NCBI RefSeq assembly: GCF_018350175.1
Contig: NC_058383.1
Span: 868,001-932,000, forward strand
DNA from: Felis catus
Lineage: Eukaryota
Direction of reading: 5' to 3'
Length of the DNA stretch: 64,000 nucleotides
Under the pieces are notes generated by a model. That model saw nothing but the letters and a program-made list of their open reading frames with translations, did no database searches and had not been told where the DNA came from. The position numbers were made by a program, and so were the translations under genes. This document shows, piece by piece, positions 1 to 11,700 of the stretch (position 1 is the stretch's first letter; every line of letters begins with the position of its first letter).

Positions 1-340
1 CGGGAGTCCTTTCCACGTCTCGAAAGGCGGTATTTATTTTCATTGGGTGGTTGATTCCTCTGACCTGACGTTTTAGGGTTTAACCGAACAGCCAGTCCGG
101 GAGTGAGCGGATCTGCCCTTTCTCGCTGATGCCAGACCCGGTGTTCCCAGGGCGATTACAAGAGGGGAGACACTTTATTTTTTCACAATTTAAAATAAGA
201 GTTGTAGATTAATACACAGTGATCATGCATGGCGAGGCGTAAGATACACACACTTTTATTGACTGTAAGACGAAGTTTAAAGGAAGGTCTGTGTTAATCG
301 TTGAGTTTAAATAAATCCTTTATACTGGGTTTTGCCGTGC
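1..340 (+). other. Probable 3'UTR end and poly(A) site of the convergent neighbouring gene (GET4 by synteny)
   Basis: AT-rich UTR-like stretch; AATAAA at 310-315 followed by a GT/T-rich tract. GET4 lies tail-to-tail with ADAP1 in human (recalled). No coding sequence in the window. Confidence 0.45.
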
Positions 341-2194
341 TCGTCCTTTCTGAGTGCGCGGCGGGGAGCGGCTGCCGGGTCCGGCCTGGCCAGGGCTGTC
401 TGGACCGTGCCCACGTGGGTGCTGTGGATGGCCACGCGCGGCCGGTCGCGGCAGGTCTCATGGCTCTTGTGCAGACGTGGCGGTGCGTACGCAGATGTGG
501 AGACACCACGGACAGGCCGTGCCGAGGCCCCCCGGCTGCCCGGCGTGGCTCTCCGGAGCAGGTGGTGGTACAGGTTGGCTCTGAAGTGCAGGGTCCAAGC
601 CCACCACGGGCGCCTGGCTCCTGCCGTGACGTTTGTTCCGGAACTGCAACGCGCGCCCAGCGCGGTCGGCGTGAGGGGAGTTTGAGCGGCACGGCGGTTT
701 TTCTGTGCGGTTCTGCCGGGAGGCACGGCACCCCTGTACAGCTGCTTCCTGCCTGCGCCCACGTCCCCCGGCGGTGGCGTCTGCCTGGACCCTCAGCACA
801 CGGAGACCCGCGTCCCCCGTGGGTGCGGCCCTTTTACCGGGCAGTTGGGAGCGGCGCCTGCAGCCGGGCGGGCCTTGTATCCCCACGTCTCCGCTGTACG
901 GCACGAGGGAGCAGAGGCCACCACGACCACCAGCCCCGAGCCGGCCTCTAGCCCAGCACCCGGACTACGAGCGGCCCGTCACCCGGACGTCTGTGAGGTA
1001 AGCTCGGTGACACCCTTTGTGGACCATGAGTTTCCTACCTTGTTTCGGAAATTGTTCCCGCCAGTGGTGAAGTTGTTTCTCGTTGAAACGGGCGCAACGC
1101 CTCTGCCTCCGGGCCAAGAGAGGGTCTAGACTACCAGTCCCAGAGGACTTGTGGCCTGGGCCGCTGGCCACTCGGGGAGGGGACCACGAGGTTACCCGTT
1201 CCACCTTGGAGGAGACTCCTCGTTTCCTTGGGGAAGACGGGCCAGTGACGGTGGCTTATGGTGTGGCGGCACAGCTGGGGAGGAGCGGGGCCAGTGGATG
1301 GTCTCTCCTGGGGCAGGTGGGGTCTCTGGGACTCTGGCAGTGGCCCTGGCTGACCTCTGGCTGGCCTCACCCCCAGCCCAGCTGTCTGGGGGACCCCTAC
1401 CCCGCAGCCTCTGTGCAGTAGGGTCAGGGTTGAGACGGCGGGGGGCGTGGTGCAGCCTCGTACTCCCTCTTGACCCTGCAGCCGCGCCCTTTCGGGTGTG
1501 CAGGGGTCCGAGCTGGCGGGCCGTGTGCTCAGATGCAGAGGGGAGAACAGGTGGTGGGAGCCCGGCCCACGAGGACAGGCAGAGGCCCTCGGACACCCTT
1601 TCCCTGGAGGTGTCCCCACTTCCTGCCATGTGCCTGAGGCCAGTGGGTAGATCTTCCTGGCGCCCAGAGCCCCCCCCTCCCCCCCAGCCTCTGACACCAG
1701 TGGCCACTTTAGGATAGGATGTGAGGGTTGGTGTGATGGGTCAGGACACCCTCCCTTGGGGACTGTCTTCCGGTCCCCTCAAGGGCTGGTCCAGGCAGGA
1801 CAGGGGTGAGGGGCACCCGGATCACCCAGCTGGTAGCCCGTGCCCTGCACATGCTCCTCTGTCCCCCCCACCAAGGGTGGGCAGAGCCAGGGCGCCCGGG
1901 GACGAGGCTCGGCGGCTGTAACTACCATCTGGCCAATGGCACACTGGGGTCCTGTGGGGGGCAAGCGCTGCCTCCGTCTTCCAGGCGGCGGGGTGGGTCA
2001 CCAGTCCGTGCCCAGCGGCGGCAGACAAGAGCTGACCCTTCATTCTCCCCCCCCCCCCCCCCATCCAGGTGCCCAGCAGGTAGGCAGGCCTGAAACCCCG
2101 ACTCGGGGTGTTACAGCTCACTGGGGGCTCTGCCCCCCAGACCCTCGTGTACACGCCAGGTCAGCTCCCTGAGGACGAGGACGGTGTCCCCGTG

Positions 2195-2252
2195 CCAGCA
2201 CCCAGGACCGCACAATTGACACACAGCAGGTGCTCAATAAATACTTGTTGAG
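2195..2252 (+). mobile_element. L2/MIR 3'-end remnant in the presumed ADAP1 3'UTR
   Basis: cacagcaggtgctcaataaatacttgttga is the classic L2 3'-end motif. Confidence 0.7.
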
Positions 2253-2702
2253 GAGATACGTAGGAGGGGCCGGAGGGAAGGCATGCAGGCTGCCCGCTGT
2301 CCCCACAGCCCAGCCTCCTGCTCGGGCAGGGTCCTGCTCTGGTGGGCAGGGGGCAGGGTGAGTTGGTGAGGGGCCGCTGGGCTGCCCTGAGCCAGGAGGC
2401 TGGGCCCAGGCCCCGAGGAAGGGTGGTCCGGTGGACGGGGGGTGGGGTAGGGGGGTGGGCAGGGTCACATCCATGGGCAGCAGCATGATGGGGGCAGAGG
2501 TCAGGTCAGCCGGCCTGCAGTGAGGCTCCGGAGAAACGAGTCTTAGTGGCTAGAGCACAGGCCCCGCCTGGCCACGTCCGGGGCTGCCCCTGAGGGCGGG
2601 GGCCGGGAGGCCTGTCCTCCGTCACCGGCCCCCTCTGGCTGCTGACTCTTCGGTGGCATTTCCCGTGAGTCCAGCTCCCTCGGCCTCCACGACCAGCTCT
2701 TG

Positions 2703-2731
2703 TTAGGGTTTATGCTTGAAGTGGGCTTCCA
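2703..2731 (-). CDS. ADAP1: ADAP1 exon 11 coding part ([13 protein letters not shown]); 3'UTR continues leftwards
   Basis: Acceptor TTCCAG; TAA at 2705-2703; 29 nt. Confidence 0.96.
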
Positions 2732-5700
2732 CTGGAAAAGGACAGGCGTCCGGCTGTGTCACAGCCACGCAGGAAGTGTTGGGCTCCCCCCCCCACCCCG
2801 CCCCCCCGCACTCACCTGCGTACTCCTGGGGCAGCATGGGTCTGTCCACGACCTTCCGAAAAGCCTCCATCCACGCCCGCTGCTCTGACTCCGTCTCACA
2901 GGCCAGCAGGAACCTGCGCTCCGGTGTCACGATGGTAATGCCGTGTGGCCAGTGGTGGCCCTGGGTGGACGGTGGGAGCCCGTCCAGCACCGTGTAGCCG
3001 CTCTCCCTGCTGCCGATGAAGACTTCCCCGCGAGCAAAGGCATCCTGTGGGTCGGGGCCGGGCTGAGCCTCGGGACTAGGCAGCCCAGGCCCCAGGGATG
3101 CGGCCCTCCCCTCCCGTATGTTCTCCCCGCCGCCCGTGGCCGGCAGCCTTCGGCCTGTCATCGTGGGAGAGGAGGCATCACCCGTGAGGGCCCAGCTGAC
3201 CCGGGCCAAGGCCCGTCCTTACCAGGGGATCTTTGAAGTACATGAGCCTCCGGTCGTCCATGGTGAACCAGCGCTTCCGGAAGCCTTCTGTTTGCTGTGA
3301 GAGAAACCCGGGGACTGGTCACTTAGCCTGAGGGCAGGGCCCCCACCTGTGTCCCTTCTTCACTCAGGCCTTCTGTAGGCTTGCTGCGTCCTGTTCTGTC
3401 TGCCAGATGGTGCCCCAGGACCTTTGCACTTGTACTGTCCCACCTCTGTGCCCTCCCCTCCCCTCCCCACCACTTCCCCTCCTCGCTGCTCTGTGCATCT
3501 TGATCCTCCCTGGGGGCTCAGCTGGGGCTCAGCCTCAGAGTCCTGTCTGGGCCATGGGGTCACTGCGTGCGGGCCTCCATGTGGCAGGGAAGGGGGCTCC
3601 AGGCGGGTGCACAGACAGGTACCAGATGGACAGGGGCAAAGGCACGAGGCAGGACCTGGCACTAGCTAGGTTGAGTGGGTAGGGCTAACCAGAGACCCAC
3701 AGTCCTGGGTCCACGGGGCCCCTGCTTACAAAGGTTTTGGGGTCAAGATGACCCGTGAGAAGCGTGCCGAGAGCACAGTGAATCTTCGCCAAGGTGTGTC
3801 GCTGACCCTTCGACCCTGCACGGCCACCCCAGCCCCTGGAGGCTGAGACACTGGCCTCCAAGGAGGCCCTGGCAGCTCAGGTCAGCCAGTCAGACTCACC
3901 TTGGGCCCGGTTTTTTCCATGTATCCTTCTTTCAGGTAGTTCCGGGAGAGCTTTGGCACCAGCTGGGGCAGAAGACAGGCTCAGGCCTGGGCCTTCGCGG
4001 TCCCCACCCCCCCCCCCCACCCCCCGTGTGTCCCAGCCCCTCCATCCCACTCTCATGGCCGCTGAGCTGAAATGCCCCAGCACAAAGGAGCAGCGTCTAC
4101 GGGGGCCCTCGGCCGGCCCCCCGGCCCAGCATCTCAGGCTCGGGCTGTGCCCCTCACCCCCTCCAACAGACACGAGCAGCCACCACTCACGTCGGCGTCG
4201 CTGGCCCCCGGGAACGCCACCTGCAGGTAATGGAAGCGGGCCGCGCGGAGCGCATTAAACCAGTCCACGATCTCCTGCGGGTCAGAGGCTGGTGTGGGCC
4301 TGGGCCGTGAGCTCTGCCCCCCAGACTGTGTGCTGGGCGAGGCCTGCTGGGGGGGCAGCCCTGAGTCGGCCCAGGGTGGGGGTGGCGGCGTCTGAGCCGG
4401 CCGGCCCCTGGCCCTGAGCTGACCCTGCCCCGGGCTCTGGGCGGCTCCTTTCCTCTCCTACGGAGCTGTGGTTACAAAGCATACACGTGGCCCAGAGGGA
4501 GGCCTGTTTGTAACCCCACCCGGGGCTGCCACCCCTCTCCTCTGAGGGAAAGAGCAAGAGGGTTGCTCTGCGGGAGGGGAGCCCCATCACCGGGCAGGGT
4601 GGACCCCCAGCCCCTGCCTCTCCTGGCCGCCACGCCCCGCTCTGGGCCCCCACCCACCCGATGCTGGAATCTGCCCCAACCTCGGACGAGCCCCAACAGC
4701 TCCTGCCCCTGCCAGCACTTGGTACCCATCAGGCCGCCTCTCCCTGACCGCTGGGCAGCCCACTCCTGCCCACGGGTCACCCTGCGTCCGCCTTGGCCAC
4801 AGCCGCCCCCCTCCCTCCTCCGCCATGCCTGCCTGCTGCAGATCCCACACCCTCTAACCATCCCTGCCCCTGGGGCTGGCTCTGTCCCCTTCTGTTCTGT
4901 CCCCCACCCTCCTACACAGGCGTCCAATCCAGGCCGTGACCTCCACCTGGGCCCTGCCCACAACCCGTTCACCCTTCCAGTGACCACTGGGCTCTCCCAT
5001 TTCCTCACCAGCCCCGGAGACCAGAAGGCACCGTCTCCTGCCTGCTCCCCGGCGCTGGCCTCCCACCTCACGTCAGGCCTCCCTCGGATCATTGAAACCA
5101 CACAGCTGGGTGAGTCATTGGCAGTTCGGTGACACTTTCCCAGCAAACCACCGCTGTACCTCCAATAGAGGTGAAAGTCCAGAGCGTGGCCGCAGGCCCT
5201 GCGGGGTCGGCCCAGCCCGTGCCCTTCCTCTCCTGCCAATCTCAGCCTTGTCAGCTTATCCAGCGTCTCCTGTTTCATCTGGCCCCAGGGACGTTGCACG
5301 TGCCATCCCAGTGTCTGTCCTCACCCTTGGGATGTGGGTCCCCTCCCCCACAGTCAGTCACTGTTTCCAGTTCTCAATGTAGGTGGGATTTTAGCCACTT
5401 GTCTCTCCTGACAAATTGTGCACCTGCTCACTGAGGGCAGAACCACGTCAGACAGTCTTCCTTGTGTCCAGGCCTAGGGCCCGGCCCCAGCAGGTGCGCG
5501 CAACCCTCTCGGGGAAGGCACCGCTGCAGACGCGTGCTGCACGTACAGGAAGGCCCTGGTCTCAGTCTCCTGAGGAGAGAGAGGGTGGAAGCTTCTGGGT
5601 GAAGCTGAAGACTGGCTCACACGCCTTGAGCCACGTCCCTCCTACAACCTGTTAATAGCATGTAACCTTGTGTGCAATCTTCCAAAACCAGATGAGGAAG

Positions 5701-8700
5701 TAGAAAACTTGAACATGCCAGCGACTAGTAACGCAACGGAATCAGTGATCAGAGATCTCAAAGCGCACAAAATTACAGGACCGGACGGCTTCACCAGTGA
5801 ATTCTACCGAATGTTTAAAGAAGAGTTAATACCGGTTCTCAAATTACTGCAAAAGATAGAAGTAAAGCTTCCAGATTTGTTCTGTGAGGCCAGCATTACC
5901 CAGATAGCAAACCAAACACAGTTAGCCAATATCAGGCCAAGAGCTCTGAGAAATAGATACGGAAATCCTCAACCAAGTACCAGCAAATCGAATCCAGTGA
6001 TCATTCACCTTGGTCAAGTGGGTTTATTCCAGGGATGCCAGCGTGACTCAGCAGTCACAAACCAACACGGTTTGTCACGTCAACAAAACAGAGGATAAAA
6101 AATGCATGATCGTTTCACCAGATGCAGAAAAAGCAAAGGAAAGCTCTTGACAAAGTACAGTCTGTTCACGATAGAAACGAAGGGTTAGAGGGGACGTGTG
6201 TCAACATGATAAAGGCCTTATTACGGGACAGACCTGCAGCTGGGGAAACAGAGCTGCTCCTCTGAGATCAGACAGTAACTCGAAGCTGCACGGAGAAACA
6301 GAGGTCTCGGGAAAGGGAAGTACTGGGGCAGTTGCAAAAGCTAGTTTTACTGTAACGACAGGCTGTAACTACACGTTGTGTTCTTCACATGACTTAAGAC
6401 TAAGACTTTGAAAGAAACAAATAGTAATTAAAAGCTACTCTTAACTGTAACTGGTTTGTAATTACATATCTTGTTTTATATGTACGTTAGGAGATAGAGC
6501 ATTTAAAAGGATGATTATTTATGCCTCAGGGCACACGGTGTACCAAGAGGTAAGACCGTGGCATCTACAACCACGGGGTGTGGTCCAGGCCGAGTGAGGG
6601 AGCAGTTTCTGCGTGTTCCTGAAGTTCAGCTACTATAAATTGGATCCAGGAGGTTATAGATTTCGGATGTTAGGTGGAATCCCCATGGCAACCACAAAGA
6701 CCCACAGAACATACACAAAAGGGAACCGGGAGGGGCTTTCAACACTCGACTACAGAAGCTCACACGAGAGAGGACAGGGACGCGGGAAGTGAGGGACAGC
6801 AAAGCTGTAGGCCACACACAACGGGACGAGCGCGAGCCAGAGGGCAGGCCGTCCTTATCCACGTCCACGGGAAAGGTGAACGTGGGAAGCTCTGGGATCC
6901 ACAGACAGGGAACGGCGGGCCGGATGACAGCCCGTGGTCCAGCCACGCGCCGTCTGCGGGAGGCTCGGCCGAGGTCGAGACGCAACAGGGTGGCGGTCAA
7001 AGGCGGGAAAGGAGATTCGTGCACACAGCCGCCAGGAGGCTGGAGCGTCTCGCGGACACCAGACAGACTCGAAGTGAGAGCAAGGTCCCAAGGGACAAAG
7101 AAGGACGTTGCACGTTACTAAGTCCTCGGTGCGGCCAGAAGACGTGACGCACACTCACGCCTCGTGCCGCACCGTCACGACCTACGAAGCAAAACCCGGC
7201 GGAGGTGAAGGGAGAAACAGCCTCGAATGGCACACGGGGGGCTCGATACCGCACTCGCGGTAACGGACGGCGAAGTCCAACACGGGAAACGAGGACTTCG
7301 CACAAACGACCGGATCCAACCACACGCGCCGGCCGACCGGGACGCGTTCTGGCCTGGTGCCCACGGGACGCGGCACGGGACCGACCCCACGTGAGGCCGC
7401 CTATCGGTCTCCTACGAGGTGTCCTCTCTGGCCGCGACAGGGCGGATGCAGTTAGAAGTCAACACGAGGAAAAGTGGAACGTTCACGACTTCGTGGAAGC
7501 AACACACTTTTACGAAACGACCAGTGGACCAAAGAAGAAGCCGCAAGGGAGGTGAGCAGACACTTCCAGACGGGGGAAGACGAAACACCACAAAACACGG
7601 GATGCAGCCAAGCGTGCCAAAGGCGGGTCTGGCGCCACAAACGCCACCGTTAAAGCACAAGGAAGGGGTCCGGTCCGCGACCTAACGGACCACGGAAGGA
7701 AGCCGACAAAGAAGAACAAACCAGACCCAAGGCCGGCACGAGGGAGGGGAGACTGGAGCGAGCTTGATGACGGAGGGAGTAGAAACTTGAGAGAGAAAAT
7801 CAACGAAACTGACAAGAGCCGGCTCTTCGACAAGAACGGCAGTTGGCGAGCCTTGAGCCGGACGGACTAAGAAACACACTCGGGCCACTAAAATCAGACT
7901 CAAAAGCGGGGACACTGCCACCAGAAATCAAAGGGTCCGGGAGACAGCGCTGTGAGCAAGGTCGCCGACGACGGGGGAACCAAGATGAAGTGGATAAATC
8001 CTGGAAGCAGAAAGGCCGCCAAGATGAACCCATGAAGAAATGCACGGTGTGCACGGGCTGGTAAACGAGTAAGGAGCCCCCCTCGGGAATCAACACTTGC
8101 CAGCAAAGAGGGGCGCCTAGGCAGCTCAGTATGTTAAGCGTCTGACCTGATTTTGGCTCAGGTCATGATCTCACGGTTTGTTAGATCAAGCCCGGCATCG
8201 GGCTCTGAGCGGAGTATGGAGCCTGCTTGGGATTCTTTCTCTCTCCCCCTCTCTCTCTGCCCCTCCCCTGTTCACTCACTCTGTCTCTCTATCAAAGTAA
8301 ATAAACATTTTTAAAAGTTTCCAACAAAGAAAAACCCTGGTCCTGATGGCCTCACTGATGTTCCACCAAACATTTCAAGGATAACCCACACCAGTCCTTC
8401 TCAAACGTCTCCAAAAAAATTGCAGAGGAGGGAACACTTCCTAACTCCTAGGCAGCCAGTGCAACCCTGATTACCAAAGCCAGACAAAAATAGAAGATGA
8501 CCACAGAGCAATATCCCATGCGAACACTGACGCAAAAACCCTCCACCACATACTAGCAAACAATTCAGCATATTTAAGGGTTATGCGTCACGAACGAGTG
8601 GGATTTATTCCTGAAATGCAAGGAATTTTCAACAAATCAATGAATGTAATACATTGTATTAACAGAGTAAAGGAAGAGGAAACCACATCACCACCTCAGT

Positions 8701-11700
8701 TGGTGGATAAAATGCATCTGCCAGAATTCGTACAGAATCTCTGGGAACCTGAGTCATAACAGTTCTAAAAAACAAACATGGAAGAGTCACACTTCTAATT
8801 TCAGCATTTATTGCAAAGCCACAACAATCCAAATTACCTGGCACACAGACCAATGGGACGGAACCGAGAGCCCAGGGAGCAGTTACGTTATTTTTTGAGA
8901 AAGGGCGCCACCACCATCCAACGGGGGAAAGGACAGTCTTTTCAACCAAGTGTTGGGAAAAGTGGACGTCCTCTTGAAGAAGAATGAGGTTGGACCCTTA
9001 CCTCACACCACACACAAAAATGAACTCCAAGTGGATAGAGGACAAGGTAAGACCGGTCACTACAAATCTTAGAAGAAAACACAGGGCAGAAGCTTCGTGG
9101 CATCGGACACGGCCGTGATCGTGCTGACGTGACCCCAAAGGCACAGGCAGCAAGAGACAAGTTGGACTTTTTGCAAATTGTGAACTTGGGTCCTTCAAAT
9201 GACACTATCCACAGAGTAACAGGGACCCACAGGTGGGAGAATGTTTTCAGATCACCTATCTGATAAGGGCGTCACATCCAGAACATACAGAAAATCTACA
9301 TCTCGGCAACAGACCACCCGCCTCAGTCCCAAACGGGCAAAATGGGAACCGAGTACACATTTCTCCAGACACAACGTGCAGGTGCCCCTCCCCCCGAGCA
9401 GCGTCACGCATCATCAGGGAGACGCGGGTCAAAACCGCTGTGATCCGGCCCCTCACACGTCACAACGGCCAGAATCAGAAACCAGAAGCCGGTGCCGGCG
9501 AGGACGCAGAGAAACGAGCCGCGAGCCCTGCTTACGGCGATGCCAAGTGGTGCCGCTGCCGTGGAAACCAGTGTGGTGGTTCCTCAAAAAACGAAACGGT
9601 GACCCCGCGATCCCACAGTTCCCCTCCTGGCTGTATAATCACAAACACTGGAAGCAGGGTCTCAGGTGTCGGTACCTCGACGTTCACAGCAATAGCGTTC
9701 ACGGCCACCGGCAGGTGCCACCCAAGGGTCTGTCGGAGGAGGAGGGGATAAACCACAGGTGGTCCATCCACACGACCCCTCGGCCTCGGAAAGGAAGGAA
9801 GGAAGGAAGGACACCCGCTACCATGTGGACAGCCCTGAGGTTGTGGTGCTGAGTGACTCGAGCCAGACGCAGGAGAACCCGACACTGGGATCCACTCACA
9901 CGAGGTCCTGGAGTGGTCAGACTCACAGAGCAGACGGCGGGGCAGGGGGGCCGGGTCAGGGTCACTGTGGGGAGATGGGACGTTCTGGAGACAGATTTGG
10001 GGGGCCGGCTTCACAACAACGAATGTACCTAATACCCCGGAAGCAAATGCTTAAACGTTGTGAGAATGTGCATTTTAACGAATAAAAGGAGAAAAGGTTG
10101 TTGACAGGTGGTTGCCAGGTGCTTGTGTCTGAAGCCTCACAGACACGTTTTGCCCTTGAAACCACGGGCACGTGGTCTGGAGCCAAAGGTGGGACAAAAT
10201 CCAAAGAACAATGATGAGAATCCCCCAGTGGCCAAAAGGACAGACCCCGAGGTGTTTGCAGGGAGCTCCCTCCACCCTCAGGCTGCAGAGGTGCGGGGTG
10301 GGAGGCAGGGGGGACGGCCACGGAGCAGGACGCTGCGCACACGCCCCAGACCGTGGCCCTCTTCCATGTGGGCCCCTCCGGGCCCCATCCCCCGCGAGGG
10401 CCCAGCTGGCTCCGCGCTCGCCGTGGGGGCGGGGCTCTCCCGAGACGAGGGCAGCCCGGCACCCACCTTCCCGTCCTCGTGGTAGACGAAGATGTTGCGG
10501 GTGCTGTTGTCCTTCAGGTAGGTGATCTGCAGGCCATGGGGGTGGCCGATCTTGGCCGGCTGGAAGGTGGCGTTCAGATGTTCGATCTTCATGACGGCCT
10601 TGGGCTCCTTGGCCTGGAAGCAAAAGCCATGCCTTAGCTCCGGGTGGGCGGGGGAGCGGGCAGTGCGGTCCCGTGGGCGCTGGCTGTGCTCTGTGGCTTT
10701 GGGCAAGGTGCTTACCCTCTCCGGACCTGGTTTCCCTGACCCGTAAGCCAACGGCAACCGGCGCTCGGCACCTAGGCGGACCCTCCTCTGCTCCTTTGGC
10801 ACTGAGCGCCTCTGTCCCGTGTGCCCCCTGCCCAAGGCCGGGCTCGGTCCCCCACACCGCTCCCGTCCCGCCAGCCTGGCTTTCCTCTCTGCCTGGGGGA
10901 CCGGCAACCGTACCCTCGGCTCTTTGTGTCACGGGACCACGTTCTGATCTGGAACTGGTCTGGGTGGGGGCAGGGCTCGACCTGCCCCTCCCCTGCTCGC
11001 TGCCCGGGCGTGCCCAGCAGGGAAGGGCTCGCTGGTTCTGTTCCTGGCATTGCCAACCCAGGCCTGGCCCCAGGGAAGACTGAGGTGGACGGGGGCGGGG
11101 GGAGGGAGCGGGCATCCCCATCCCCACGGGACGGGCAGTGTGGCTTCCGGGAACTGCGTGCGGGCAGCTGGGGACCACGTGCAGCCACGACAGACCCTGG
11201 GCCCAGCTCACATCATTTCTGTTGAAATACTTCAGGGACCCCTCTCGCTCAGTCAGCACAAACTTCCGGCTTAGAAACTGCCCGTTGTCCCGGCCTCGCT
11301 TCCAGAGGGAGCCTTCTCGGTATCCTGGGGGGAGAGAGGGCAAGGGTCAGAGGGTCAGAGTGGACCACAGTCAAGGCCATCGTCCTGACCCGCACAGACA
11401 TGGTCCCGCCCCTCGCCAGGAGACCCGTCGGCCTCTGGGCCGGGAAGCTGGGTGCGCGCGGGCCAGACAGGCCCACGGTGCAGGGGCCCGAGACCACCCC
11501 TCCCCAGCACGCTGCCCGCTGCTGCCTGCCGTTTGGGCCATTTTTCCTTTTTTTTCCTGGAGGCATAATAAACACACACGGAAGGGGTGCGGTGCGGCCC
11601 CGTGCGCAGGCCCACGGGCCCCTGTGGATACGTCTGTGGGGTCGCCCGCGCCGGGCAGCCCCGAGGTACCCACCGCGGAGTCCTCGGGACCGCAGGCGTG

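Noticed and set aside
5670..6098. L1 ORF2-like ORF as a functional retroelement or gene
   Set aside because: Short, frameshifted fragment; no intact ORF2 anywhere in the window.
10075..11343. 422-aa ORF beginning with ADAP1 exon 5
   Set aside because: Only the exon-5 part is real; the rest is intron read-through in a frame that does not match exon 6.
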